Origin: Squalus acanthias
Taxonomy: Eukaryota
Assembly: GCA_030390025.1 (NCBI GenBank)
Contig: CM059432.1
Span: 152,956,001-153,020,000, forward strand
Length of the DNA stretch: 64,000 nucleotides
Direction: 5' to 3'
The translations under genes and the position numbers were made by a program. Shown piece after piece: positions 51,344 to 64,000 of this stretch (position 1 is the stretch's first letter; each line of letters starts with the position of its first letter). The notes beneath the pieces were generated by a model. The model had not been told where the DNA came from. It saw only the letters and a program-made list of their open reading frames with translations, and searched no databases.

Positions 51344-52127
51344 GGACAAGATTTTGTTGTAGCAGGGCATGTGATAGCGTCTGCCAATAGTTAGACTTGT
51401 TCGTACACGTTTAGGTTTTTAAAATTTTTGCATCGCAAGTTTCTGGAAGTACGAGCTGATAACAAGGGAAACATGGCATCTGGGACCTGAGTGAACAGTG
51501 TAACCAACTGTGTAGCTACTTAACCAATCAGATTGAATGATTGAGAAATAAAGAGGAAGGATGGAGAACGAAGTGTTAATTAGAGTGGATGAATCCAATG
51601 TCAAATCAGGTACAGAAAGAGAAATAAAGAGAGGGAAAGAAAGATTGGATTAAGAGAGAGAGGAAAAAGAGATGGAAAGGAAAAGTAAAGAACAAATTTT
51701 TACGTTTAAATTTGATATTCTTAAAATCTCCAACAACAATTAATAACTGAAGGAATGAGACTCCATACTTGTAGTAGATCATTTTCAGTGTCAGAGAGTT
51801 AAAGTGGCAGTAATTAACAATTATCACGTCATTAAAAGGGCACTTACGCTTGTAATGACAAGGTTAACTTTCTGTGGCACTTTTAGTTCCTATCCACCAC
51901 GCAAATACAACAATGTCACGACATTCAATGCATGTCAATGGTGAAGCAGACAGCAAAATGCCACTTTCGTGAAGCTAATGGTGGAGCAGCGCAACTTGGA
52001 CAGCAACATTTGGATATTGGCATTTAAACACGCATCTGCCTCTCGTGTGAAGTTGCTGTACCATTTACACAGAAATAACGGTGAGTGTCATTTGCCTCAC
52101 CGTTATTCTGACAGCAAAATTTGGCCC
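51344..52127. mobile_element. Old Harbinger-like MITE
   Basis: Imperfect TIRs GGACAAGATTTTGTTGT / ACAGCAAAATTTGGCCC, flanked by AAC / AAT. Confidence 0.5.
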
Positions 52128-52692
52128 AATATAAATGCAGGCCTTGTCAGTACCTCCATAGTTTAAGAGGCCCAAATTGTCTCTTCTTTTTTGTGTAAAC
52201 GTTACATCCATTAAAAAGAAACCATCTCCTGCTGCAACAGTCCCTCTGTTAGGTTCCAAGCTGTATTTAAATCTGAAGTGGAAGTGATATTTTCTGGCTC
52301 ATTTTCTTAAGGACCGGCAATTGATAAATTGTTTGTTGTGACAAATTTTGCAAGTTATCGCAACCAATAATTGCCTCTACAGCATTACATTAATTTAAAA
52401 AAAAAGAAAATCCAGTTTTGGAAGTCACTCTGCTGTCCTGATCACTCTGGTCCAGTGGAAGAAAAACCTTCTTATTAAGGAACTTATTTGCTAACTCAGT
52501 GCCGCAGTGTAGTGTAACTGTTGGAGAGGCTGGGTGAGCAAAACTCCACCTTCATTTCTCTAAAAACAATAATTACAATGGTGGTTCAAACAATTATTTT
52601 AAACCAGTCAGTAAATTCTTTCACAGCAAGATCCAAAATATTAATTCATTAGAATTACATTTTAGTACAGTGCACTTGGCTTTTAAAGCATG

Positions 52693-53268
52693 TCGGAGTG
52701 TCCAAACTGTGCCGGAGTGTCCAAACTGTGCCGGAGTGTCCAAACTGTGCCAGAGTGTCCAAACTGTGCTGGAGTGTCCAAACTGTGCTGGAGTGTCCAA
52801 ACTGTGCTGGAGTGTCCAAACTGTGCCGGAGTGTCCAAACTGTGCTGGAGTGTCCAAACTCAGGTCAGAGTGTCCAAACTGTGCCGGAGTGTCCAAACTG
52901 TGCTGGAGTGTCCAAACTCAGGTCAGAGTGTCCAAACTGTGCCGGAGTGTCCAAACTCAGGTCGGAGTGTCCAAACTCTGTGCTGGAGTGTCCAAACTGT
53001 GCTGGAGTGTCCAAACTGTGCTGGAGTGTCCAAACTCAGGTCGGAGTGTCCAAACTGTGCCGGAGTGTCCAAACTGTGCTGGAGTGCCCAAATTCAGGTC
53101 GGAGTGTCCAAACTGTGCCGGAGTGTCCAAACTGTGCTGGAGTGTCCAAACTGTGCCGGAGTGTCCAAACTGTGCTGGAGTGCCCAAATTCAGGTCGGAG
53201 TGTCCAAACTGTGCCGGAGTGTCCAAACTCAGGTCGGAGTGTCCAAACTGTGCCGGAGTGTCCAAACT
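52693..53268. repeat. 19/20-bp minisatellite (~30 copies)
   Basis: Units GGAGTGTCCAAACTGTGCY (19 bp) interspersed with RGAGTGTCCAAACTCAGGTC (20 bp). Confidence 0.95.
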
Positions 53269-53419
53269 GCTGCCTCCGAGCTTTAGCAATCCAGCCCTCA
53301 AAGCCCAAGCAACTTAGTCCTATCCATACTCATATTTCTTACTTGTTCTGTTTCAAGTTTGTGAGCTTGAAGGCTTGGAAAGGGCCATTCTTAGTGCCTC
53401 ATTGGTGGATGAATCCAGT

Positions 53420-53855
53420 GGGTGTCAGCCTGCCTCTTGAGTCAGAAGGTTGCAGGTTCAAGCAACGCTCTAGAAACTTGAGCACAATCTAGGCTGACAC
53501 TCCAGTACAGTGCTGAGGGAGTGCTGCACTGTTGGATGTGCTGTTTTTCGGATGAAATGTTATCTGAGGCCCTGACTGCTCTCTCAGGTGGATGGAAAAG
53601 ATCCAATGGTACTTTTCGAAGAAGAGTAGGATAGTTTTCCTCAGTCTCTTGGCCAACATTAATCCCTCAATCAAAACCACCAAAAACAGATTATCTGGTC
53701 AAGGTGGGACCTTGCTGTGTGCAATTTGGCTGCTGAGTTTCTCTACATTGCAACTGTGTCTGAACTTCAAAAAGAAAGTACTTCATTGGCTGTGAAGTGC
53801 TTTAGGACATCCTGAGGTCATGTGAGGTGCTATATAAATGCAAGTTCTTTCTTTA
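53420..53855 (+). mobile_element. Deu-domain SINE
   Basis: GAGTCAGAAGGTTGCAGGTTCAAG head, Deu core, tail. Confidence 0.8.
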
Positions 53856-54681
53856 TCTTTAAATCCTAAATTGGAACACCAAGATTTGTTAATATCAGCA
53901 ACTTAAGGTATCTGTCAATGAAAATGGATTTAAACTTAGTGGCGTTAATTTTCTGAGCACGTGCTGATGAGAAGGATCCCCATCTACAGACAGTGTGCCC
54001 CTGATTGTCTGATATGCCCCACGAGGTTCCCTTCCGCCAGTGCATGCTCAGAAACTTAGTCCCTATATCTGTCCTCTGAATATGCTACACACCTACATGG
54101 CCCATGAAGACCGAAAGCTTGGACACTCTTGCTCTAAGTCACAAATTGCTTCAGTATAATCGTCTCTGCTACAAGTAAATTCCAATATTTAGCAGATATC
54201 TTGAATTGACAACATTATTGCGATCCAGAAATAAGGCAACTGATGACACGTGGGGCCATGACCTTTGCTAGAATCTTGAATCATAAAACTATGTTTTCAT
54301 TTCATCATTGTACCAAATAAGTGTGCGCTATAAGGAGGAGAGGGATGTTAGAAAACAATTCGACCAACTCCTACTTCAGACCCCTGGATTATATCTTCTT
54401 AGTATCCTCCAGTGAATTATGTTCTGGACTCCACCTCCTCTGGTCAGTTATTCTGTACTTGGTTTGTAACTGCTTGCCTTCTGTGTTGACTTGGAAAGTA
54501 CCTTTTCATTATATCTTCATTTTAAGTTCTTTGAAAGTCCCTCTTTAGGATTACCCAAGGCATATTCCATTTCTCAGCTGAGAGGGCAGACAGCTAACTT
54601 GCTCTTGGAGCAAAGCAGCTCTTGAGCTGTAACTTAACTGGTGTGTGAGGGCAGCTTTAGGGTGAAGTGGGGGTGACTCCA

Positions 54682-54913
54682 TCTCTCTTTCTCACTCTCT
54701 ATTTCTATCTCTATCTCTCTCTCTATCTTTCTCTTTTTCTTGCTCTCATCTCTATCTTTCTCTATCTCTCTCTCTCTATCTCTTTCTCTCTATCTCCATA
54801 TCTTTCTTATCTCTTTCACTCTCTTTTTCTCTCTCTTTCTCTGTCTATCTCTATATCTTCCTTATCTTTCTCTGTCTTTGTTTCTCTTCCTCTGTCTGTC
54901 TGTCTGTCTCTCT
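54682..54913. repeat. Degenerate (CT)n/(CTAT)n microsatellite
   Basis: Pyrimidine-rich low-complexity tract. Confidence 0.9.
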
Positions 54914-55451
54914 ATGGGAAAGTGCTCACCACAAACTCTACACATCCCCATGTAACACAACTGAGCTCAGAACCTCACAGTGCTGGGAACTGCAGTGTTC
55001 CTGCTGCTCTCTGACCCAAAGCAACGTGCCAGTGCACTGCCCAGGAAAGGAGTAGAAGCCGGGCCGTAAAGCTATAAACTGTGCATTTTTAGGGATTTTG
55101 AACTAATGCTGTTTAACAAACAAAAAAAGCTACACAAGAAATCACAAGAATAACTGCAGTAAACCCATTTTGCTTTGTGTTCCATTAAAGGCCTCCCTTA
55201 ACTTCCAGTTTCCATTCCTGATGAAGGGTTTACACATTAACCTGGGGCAACATTAGTCTGGGGCGGATTTATTATGTGGGGAGGATTTCATGCCGATAAC
55301 CCATGCCATTTTAAACAATGGATGGTAAATTGGATGGGTCCCATGTTGGGCATCCAATCTACCTTCCTACCACCCTGATCTTCCCATATCAGCTATGCCC
55401 AAGTGATCCAATAGACCCATGAGCATTAAGAGGAAAACCTGCCCCTGAACA

Positions 55452-57395
55452 TGGGCAATGCGGTTGACATGGTGTATATGGCCTTCCAAAAGGTGTTTGA
55501 TAAAGTGCCACATAATAGGCTTACCAGCAAAGTTGAAGCCCATGGAGTCTAACCACCTCCCCTTGACATTCAACGGCATTACCATCGCAAATCCCCCACC
55601 ATCAACATCCTGGGGGTCACCATTGACCAGAAACTTAACTGGGCCAGCCACATAAATACTGTGGCAACAAGAGCAGGTCAGGGGCTAGGTATTCTGCGGC
55701 GAGTGTCTCATCTCCTGACTCCCCAAAGCCTTTCCACCATCTACAAGGCACAAGTAAGGAGTGTGATGGAATACTCTCCACTTGCCTGGATGAGTGCAGT
55801 TCCAACAACACTCAAGAAGCTTGACACCATCCAGGACAAAGCAGCCCACTTAATTGGCACCCCATCCACCACCTTAAACATTCACTCCCTCCACCACCGG
55901 CATACCGTGGCTGCAGTGTGTACCATCTACAAGATGCACTGCAGCAACTCACCAAGGCTTCTTTGGCAGCACCTCCCAAACCCGCGACCTCTTCCACCTA
56001 GAGGGACAAGGGCAGCAGGTGCATGGGAACACCACCACCTCCAAGTTCCCCTCCAAGTCACACACCATCCTGACGTGGAAGTATATCGCCGATCCTTCAT
56101 TGTCTGTGGGTCAAAATCCTGGAACTCCCTACCTAACAGCACTGTGGAAGTACCTTCACCACACGGACTGCAGCGTTTCAAGAAGGTGGCTCCCCACCAC
56201 CTTCTCCAGGGCAATTAGGGATGGGCAATAAATGCAGGCCTTGCCAGCGACGCCCACATTCCATAAACGAATAAAAAATAAATAAATAAAAGGGACAGTG
56301 GCAGCATGGATACGAAATTGGCTAAGTGACAGGAAACAGAGAGTAGTGGTGAACGGTTGTTTTTTGGACTGGAGGAAGGTATACAGTGGTGTTCCCCAGG
56401 GGTCGGTTCTAGGACCACTGCTTTTCTTGATAGATATTAATGATTTAGACCGGGGAGTACAGGGCACAATTTCAAAATTTGCAGATGACACAAAACTTGG
56501 AGGTATAGTGAACAGTGAGGAGGATAGTGATAGACTTCAAGAAGATATAGACAGGCTGGTGAAATGGGCGGACACGTGGCAGATGAAATTTAACGCAGAA
56601 AAGTGCGAAGTGATACATTTTGGTAGGAAGAACAAGGAGAGGCAATATAAACTAAAAGGGTACAATTCTAAAGTGGGTGCGTGAATAGAGAGATCTGGGG
56701 ATATATGTGCACAAATCATATAGCAGGGCAGGTTGAGAAAGTGGTTAAAAATGCATATGGATACTGGGCTTCATAATAGGGGCATAGAGTACAAAAGCAA
56801 GGAAGTTATGATGAACCTTTAGAAAACACTGGTTCGGCCTCAACTGGAGTATTGTGTCCAATTCTGGGCACCGCACTTTAGGTGGCTGTGAAGGCCTTAG
56901 AGAGGGTGCAGAAAAGATTTACGAGAATGATTCCAGGGATGAGGGACTTCAGTTGCATGGATAGACTAGAGAAGCTGGGGTTGTTCTCCTTAGAGCAGAG
57001 AAGATTGAGAGGAGATTTGATAGAGGTATTCAAAATCATGAGGGGTCTGGACAGAGTAGACAGAGAGAAACTGTTGGTGGAAGGGTCGAGAACCAGAGGA
57101 CACAGATTTAAGGTGATTGGCAAAAGAACCAAAGGTGACATGAGGAAAAACTTTTTTATGCAGCGAGTGGTTAGGATCTGGAATGCACTGCCTGAAAGGG
57201 TGGTGGAGGCAGACTCAATCACGGCTTTCAAAAGGGAATTGGATAAGTAGCTGAGGGGAAATAATTTGCAGGGCTACGGGGAAAGGGCGGGGGAGTGGGA
57301 CCAGCTGAAGTGCTCTTGCAGAGAGCCGGCACGGGCTCAATGGGCCGAATGGCCTCTTTCTGTGCTGTAACCATTCTATGATTCTATGATTCTAT
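55452..57395 (+). mobile_element. 5'-truncated CR1 LINE (55452-55548 and 56288-57395) split by another LINE
   Basis: AFDKVPH-like segment before the insertion. WIRNWLSDRKQRV...[10 protein letters not shown]...FADD after it. (ATTCTATG)n tail. Confidence 0.9.
55550..56290 (+). mobile_element. Jockey-group (CR1/L2/Crack-like) LINE 3' part nested in CR1
   Basis: ORF 55661..56218 LSTIYKAQVRSVMEYSPLAW...LDTIQDKAA, and an (AAAT)n tail. Confidence 0.8.
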
Positions 57396-57482
57396 TTGAG
57401 AGGTATATTATATACAAACGTGAATATGATCTCTTTTGCATTTATGCAAATATTCATTGGCAGATGAATGAGAAAATAAAAT

Positions 57483-57785
57483 AAAAGGACTTGCATTTAC
57501 ATCGGACCTTAGGACCTCCCAAAGAGCTTCACAGCCAATGAAGTACTTCTGAAGTGTAGTCACTGTTGTAATGTAGGAAACGCGGCAGCCAAATTGTGCA
57601 CAGCAAGCTCCCACAAACAACAATGAGATAATGACCAGATAATCTGTTTTAGTGATGTTGGTTAAGGAATAAATGCTGGCCAGGACACCGGGGAGAACTC
57701 CCCAACTCTTCTTGGATAGTGCCATGGGATCTTTTACCTTCACCTGAGACGACAGACGGGGCCTTTACTGTTTCATCCGAACGGC
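57483..57785 (-). mobile_element. Deu-domain SINE, 5' truncated
   Basis: Reverse-complement Deu core and tail. Confidence 0.8.
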
Positions 57786-59384
57786 AGAGTTGGATTGACG
57801 CTTTAACTTGGCTGGTCAGCACTGTTTTAATGGGGTTGGTATACTCAAAGAAGAAATGTAGAATATTCTTAAACAGTCAAAAAAAATCAGAACTGAATCT
57901 TACATTTCCAAGGGAAAATCAATAACCACTTATCTGCAGGAACAAAACTGTTTACCTAAAATTGACGTAAAATTGATTTAACCCATATCAGCTGCTCATT
58001 TCCTAAGCATAGATTCAATAAAAACTCACAATGAAGCAAAGCCCCCGGTTATTGATTTGTCAGACAACAGCTGTCTGTGCACTATTCTGCTGCAGCACCG
58101 ATTCACTCATACACTGTCACCCAAGGCTACACAAATAATGGACTTGGGCGGAATTCTCATTTTGTGGCACTTTTTTTTAAAACCACACCTCCAACACCTT
58201 CAGTAGGGTCTGAAGTGTCTGGTATAAGACTACCCCTTTATTGAACAGAATTCCATTTAGCTACATATTTGGGCGACCTTGCACAATGCCAAATGCTCGG
58301 CACGTCATCAGCCATTTCTAAAAGTATGCTGGAAGGAACCAGGTATCGTGCGTAAGGAAATTGTTTCTGTAAACGCTGTTGTTGGAATGTTGGAATGTAA
58401 ACCTTCGACAGTCTTGCACAGCCACGCTGGTCAGCCAGAGGACTCCACCACAATCACCAAGAGGTAAACTCATTCAATTTAGAGGAGGAAAAAGATAGAG
58501 ATTTTTGGATTGGCTTGGGAACTGGTACCCAAGATAACTGACTTGGGTGTTTTCCCTAGTCATTTATGTTTGAACATAGAGATTACAATGCAGAGGGATG
58601 GCCAGTTATGTTAACTTTATCTCAGCTTGTCGTTCCTTACCGTCATGTTGTACATTTCATTTAATTATAGTGAATTTTTGCCTAATGATGCCCCTTCCTT
58701 AAGTCGTAGTACTTAGGTTCACAAATGAAAAGCATCATTTTCAATTTCTTTTAATTTTGTGGATAGGAAGTATTTTAGCCAGATGTGAATGTTCCTCAGA
58801 AGCTGTCTATCCAAGAGCCAAAAGATATCTGAGCAGATCCTGAACTGCCGCAGTTGTTTTGCTGCCTGTTTTCTCTCTTTTTTGTCAGTTTAATATATTA
58901 ATATCTGTTTCCTTACCGGAGCTGGTTTTTCTTGCTCACATATGATACTAGTTAATTCCTACTCAAGTAAAATGATGTAATCAGCATCCTTTGAATGGCC
59001 ACTGTAGAGTGTAACAACTGAATGCTTTTTGCAGGCTGTACATCTATATTTGCTCCATATTTCCTCTCGGGTCATGTTAAGCTTTGAAAACAGCTTTGAA
59101 ACTAACTTCATTTTCAGCATTTCAAAGTAAAGTAATGAATCACAAGTTAAAGAAGGTTGAAATTAGAAAAAGCCAATTGTAATCAGATCAGACTGAAGCA
59201 TTATGTGCTGCACCCTTCCCATCGCTCTCCTCCTCAAAGACATTGCTATTTCCCCAGGTTGCTGCCATCTCCTGCCTGACAGTTCACTGCTTCCTGCTGG
59301 AATTTTATTTTCTTGTGACTGGCACTGTTACTGCTTGCAGGACCACCTTAACCTGCTCCCCCCAGCACGTTCTAAAAAGAAAAA

Positions 59385-59800
59385 AAAGAACTTGAATATA
59401 TATAGCGCCTTTCATAACCTCAGGACATGTCAATTAAGTACTTTTGAAATGTAGGCTGCCATTTTGAGCACAGCAAGGTCCCAGAAACAGAAATGCAATA
59501 AATGACTAAATAATCTATTTTAGATGTTGTTGAGGGATAAATATTGGACAGGACACCAGGGAAAACTCTCTACTCTTCTTCAAATAGTGCCATGGGATCT
59601 TTAACATCCACCTGCGAGGGCAGATGGGACCTCAGTTTAACGTCTCATTGAAATGACAGCACCTCTGACAGTGCAGCACTCTCTCAGCACTGCCCTGAAG
59701 TGTCAGCCTGGATTACCTGTTCAGGTCTCTGGAGTGGGACTTGAACCCACGACCTTCCGACTCAGAGGTGAGAGGGCTACCCACTGAGCCATGGCCGACA
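59385..59800 (-). mobile_element. Deu-domain SINE
   Basis: Reverse-complement head TGGCTCAGTGGGTAGC...GGTTCAAGTCCC, core and tail. Confidence 0.8.
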
Positions 59801-59827
59801 CCCGTGGCAAATTTTGAAAAAAAGTGC

Positions 59828-60095
59828 TCTTTTCCTCAATGGCTCAGTTGGAAAGTGCACCAGATGGTCGTGAGCCTTACAGACCAGGAAGAGCCCACGT
59901 TCAATCCCTGGTTTATGCCCGAAGTAGTGAATCATACAGGGGCGGGGGGGGGGGGGGCACTATAATTGGTCTCAGTGTTACTGGGCTGGGGAGGGGTAAA
60001 ATCAGACAGGATTTCTGCTCCTGATCTCAGTGACACTGAAACGTGCACGTCTGTGGATTTTGGGTAAAAACCTGATTAGGCATGTCTGCAATGAC
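59828..60095 (+). mobile_element. Probable tRNA-derived SINE of a different family
   Basis: TGGCTCAGTTGG A-box-like and GTTCAATCCC B-box-like motifs, with a non-Deu body. Confidence 0.45.
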
Positions 60096-60102
60096 TCCCA
60101 AG

Positions 60103-62243
60103 GTAACATAGGAACAGGATTAGGCCATTTGGCCTCTCGAATCTGTTCCTCCATTCAATTATATCATGGCTGATCTGTACCTTAACACTATTTACCAGCC
60201 TTTGACCCATATCCCTTATTCCCTTACATAACAAAAATCTATGGATCTCAGTTTTGAAAGCTCCAATTAACCCAGCACGAGTGAACTCTGCCATGCTCAG
60301 GATCCAAGCTACCAATTGAAGAATTGACACATAAGCAAGTTTATGTAGAAAACTGTGCTCAGTTATGGTCACTATACAGCAAGAAAAACAGATTTACTTG
60401 CATTAGAAAGGGCACGGAGCAACAAGACTGATCCCAAGTGCAAACGAGTTGAGTTATGAGGGAAGATTAGAGAAGCTTTGCAATCTAGAAAGATGGCAGT
60501 GATGAGGGGACCTCTTCAAGGTATATTAAATATTCATGGGAATAGATAAAGAAACCCAGGTTATGACTCCAAAGCACAATCAGAAAGTAGAACCAGATAA
60601 CCTCGGGAAATCAGTGAAAAACAAATTTAGAACAGATATTGGGAAAGACATCTTTACTCAAAGAATGTTAAGTGCTTGGAATAATCTACCAAGCAAGAAA
60701 TAGAGGCCAAAATATTGGGGTTATTCAAAACACAATGAAATACTGTGAATGGAGAGTTAATGTACTAGAGAGTTGGGGTGCAATGGGAGAACTGATGTAC
60801 TAGAGGGCCGAGCTTTGATGTATCTTTTCTTTATGTATCACAAGGTACGAGAGAGGCACTATCACCCAAGGTGAATCACTAGCTCAAGAGAAAAGTGAAG
60901 AAAACAGGAAAAAAAATATAATTTCCTACAGTACTGCAAAGCCAACAGCTGTAAAGATCAAATCTGTGTGTTCACAGAAGCATAGAAATTACAGCGCAGA
61001 ATGAGGCCGTCTGGCCCATCGTCCGTGAGCTGGTGCTAACTCTTCAACTGGAGCCCTCTACTCTAAAGCCATTTCCCAGGTTCCTGTTACATTATGGGGG
61101 AGAAATTCAGTATCGCCCCGTTTGGGGCGCGATTATCGGCCAGGCGCAAAGTTTAGTGCCTGGCGCTAATTATCGCCTCCGACTGCAAACTTGGCTTTTA
61201 TCGCCGCTGGATGTGATTGGAGCGCTAAATCAGGCGCTACACACCTGTCTTAAGGTGCAAAGGCCGAGGAGCGAGGCGCTAACTCAGAGCGCTGGCGAAG
61301 CTCATGTGATGTCAGTCAGTGATGGAACACAGACACACTGGCGCCGGCCAGTTCTTAAAGGGAGGGTCGATCTTGCTCTCCATCCACACCCTGCTCATTG
61401 CAGTCTTGAATCTCGGCCTGGAGAGATCTGTACATCAATTCTGCTGGAAAGAACAATGGAGAGGCCCAGGGAAAGAGCTCAGAGTGCAGCCCCCACAGAC
61501 TCTTCTAAATCGATGCAAGGAAGATCAAACCAGAAAGAACCTGCAAAGTGCTGCTCAGTACCCAAAACTCCTCAACACAGCTTTGAATATCTCCTGCAGT
61601 CTCTCTCTCTCACTCAGAATGCGTGGTGCAAAAATTTTGCCGACAAAAAAAGGCAGGAAGCGGTCGCCTTTAAATAGCGTTCCCCCAGTCCCTTCCAGAC
61701 TGCAAAACGCTCCCCTCAACCTGTCATTGCTAACGGCAGGTGGTAAGACAGGGGGCGCCACTCAATATCCGGTCCAGGGCGCTACCGGGGCGTTGCACTC
61801 TCAACTGACGTCACGATCGGCCAGCGCAGGAGATCGTGGCGGTAGTGTTTAGCGCCGCCGCAAAATGTCTAGTTAATTTCATGAGCGACGCAAACATCGC
61901 TACACATGGGCGCTAGTTGCTTTGCACCCCATTAGCGCCCTCTTAAGGTGCTAACGGGAGGCGCAATCCAACCGAATTTTTCCCCCTATATATTTTCAAA
62001 TATTTCTCCAATTTCCTTTTAAATGATGTTATAGTCTCTGCCTCATTCGCCACTTGTGGTAAAGCATTCCATGTTCTAATAACTCTCTGTATGAAAGCAT
62101 TACTTTTAACCTCCCCCTTCATTATTCATAATTTTGAATACAGTGATTAAATCCCCGTTAACCTTCTCAGTTCCAGTGTAAAAAGTTCCAATTTTGCAAG
62201 GCTTTCTTCATAACTATAATCTTTTATTCCCAGTATTATTCTA
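60103..62243. mobile_element. Cluster of decayed CR1 3' fragments (60103-60275 minus, ~60340-60830 plus, 60980-62243 minus split by a MITE)
   Basis: CR1 tail motifs CATAGGAACAGG and CATAGAAATTACAGC, with degenerate RT C-terminal sequence. Confidence 0.65.
61096..61986. mobile_element. Harbinger-like MITE
   Basis: TIRs GGGGGAGAAATTC / GAATTTTTCCCCC, 3-bp TSD TAT (61093-61095, 61987-61989), CpG-rich with many GGCGCTAA motifs. Confidence 0.8.
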
Positions 62244-64000
62244 CAACAACAATAACTTGCATTTATAGAGTTCCTTTAACGTAGTAAAAACATCCCATGG
62301 CACTTCACAGGAGCGTTATCAAACAAAATTTGACACCAAGCCAAATAAAAAGATATTAGGACAGGTTACCCACCAAAAGCTTGGTTAAAGAGGGAGGTTT
62401 TAAGGAGTGACTTAAAGGAGGAGAGAGGTGGTGAGGTGGAAAAGTTTAGAGAGGGAATTCCAGAGCTTGGGGCCTAGGCAGCTGAAGGCAAGGCCCTCAA
62501 TGGTGGAGCGATGAAAATCAGGGATGCGCAAGAGGTCAGAATTGGGGGAGCACATAGATCTCGGTGGGTTGTAGGGCTGGAGGAGGTTACAGAGATAGAT
62601 AGGGGCACAGCCATGGAGGAATGTGAACACAAGGATGAGAATTTTAAATTGAGATGTTGCCGGACCAGGAGCCAATCAGGTCAACAAGCATAGAGATGAT
62701 GGGTGAATGGGACTTGGTGCGAGTTAGGATACTGGCAGCGGAGTTTTAGATGAGCCCAAGTTTACAGAGGGTGGAAGATAGGAGGCCAGCCAGGAAAGAA
62801 TTGGAATAGTCGAGTCTGGAGGTAGCAAAGGCATGGATGAGGGTTTCAGCAGCAGGTGAACTGAGGCAAAGGAGGAGACAGGTGATATTACAGAGGTGGA
62901 AGTAGGCGGTCTTGTGATGGGAGAGAATATGGGGTCGGAAGCTCAGCTCAGGGTCAAATAGGACAGCGATGTTGCAAACAATCTGGTTCAGCCTGAGACA
63001 GTGGCCAGGCAGGGGCTGAAGACAATGGCTTTGATTTGCCCAATATTTTTGGGAGGAAATTTCTCCTCATCGAATACTGGTTGTCAGACAAGCAGCGTGA
63101 CAAATCAAAGGAAGTGGAGGGATCGAGAGGTGGTGGTGAGGTAGAGCTTGGTGTCGTCAGCTTATATGTGGAATCAGACGTGTCTTTGGATGATGTCACC
63201 AAGGGACAGCATGCAGGTGAGAAATAGGAGGGGGCCAAGGATAAATCCTTGTGGGACTCCAGAGGTCACTGTGCGGGAGTGGGAAGAGAAGCCATTGCAG
63301 GAGATTCTTTGCCTACGGCTAGATAGATAGTGATGGAACCAGGCGGGGACAGTCTCACCAAGCTGGACAACAGAAGTTGGAGGAGGATGGTGTGGTCAAC
63401 CGTGTCAAAGGCTGCAGACAGGTTTAGAAGCATGAGGAGGGATAGTTCACCACGGTTACAGTCACATAGGATGTCATTTGTGACCATTTCAGTGCTGTGG
63501 AGGGGCGGAAACCTGATTGGAGGGGTTCAAACATGGAGTTGCGGGAAAGATGGGCATGGATTTGGGAGGCTATAACACGTTCAAGGACTCTGGAGAGGAA
63601 AGAGAGGTTGGAGATGGGTGGTAGTTTGCAAGGACAGAGGGGGAAGAGGTGGGTTTTTTGAGGAGGCGGTTGATGACAGCTGATTTGAAAGGGAGGGGCA
63701 CAGTACCTGAGGCGAGGGAACTGTTAACAATATCAGCTAACACTGGGGTCAGGAAGGGAAGTTGGGTGGTTAGCAGTTTGGTGGGAATAGGGTGGAGTGA
63801 GCAGGAGGTGGGATTCATGGATAAGATGAGCTTGGAGAGGGCATGAGGGCATAGGAGAGAAACTAGAGCAAGATGTGTGTTCAGGCCTAGGGCAGGGGGG
63901 GGAACCTTGGGGAAAATTTGTCTTGGTGGGCTAGGGGCAGGCAGGGAAGCGGCAGAGGCAGCTGAACGGATGGTTTCAATCTTAGTGACAAAGAAATCCA
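62244..64000 (-). mobile_element. L2 LINE (RT), decayed, running off the window end
   Basis: VTNDILC...[22 protein letters not shown]...PFKSAVI..LLKKP, and an (AAC)n tail at 62244. Confidence 0.9.

Noticed and set aside
52621..53492. Cys-rich ORFs (ECPNCAGVSKLC repeats) resembling zinc-finger or keratin-associated proteins
   Set aside because: Open in all frames because of the 19/20-bp minisatellite.
58240..58470. Possible isolated exon ending in GAG|GTAAAC
   Set aside because: All three frames from the candidate acceptor hit stops, and no protein similarity was recognised.
61033..61852. 214-aa and 177-aa ORFs
   Set aside because: They lie within a GC-rich MITE and show no recognisable domain.

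Overview
Eukaryotic, repeat-dense vertebrate DNA. The repeat content (esterase-ORF1 CR1 LINEs, L2, Deu-domain SINEs, Penelope, Harbinger) points to a cartilaginous fish such as a shark; this taxon call is inference. The only clear host gene is a two-coding-exon inhibin/activin beta-A-like gene (40778-41159 + 41961-42727, + strand, 382 aa). It has a compact prodomain and several beta-B-like residues, so it may be a second beta-A paralog. The rest is nested retrotransposons, DNA transposons and tandem repeats, including a 26-bp satellite with two recently homogenised sub-arrays. The most unusual region is 32.5-37.7 kb. A small fold-back Penelope remnant carrying a minimal hammerhead ribozyme was hit by two different Harbinger-like elements at the mirror-equivalent site of its two arms, and the duplicated 3 bp is the ribozyme's GUU cleavage triplet. 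One of those Harbingers in turn contains a young, near-perfect 670-bp-arm Penelope palindrome with two intact hammerhead motifs. All boundaries were read by eye, and repeat edges are approximate unless a TSD or TIR is quoted.
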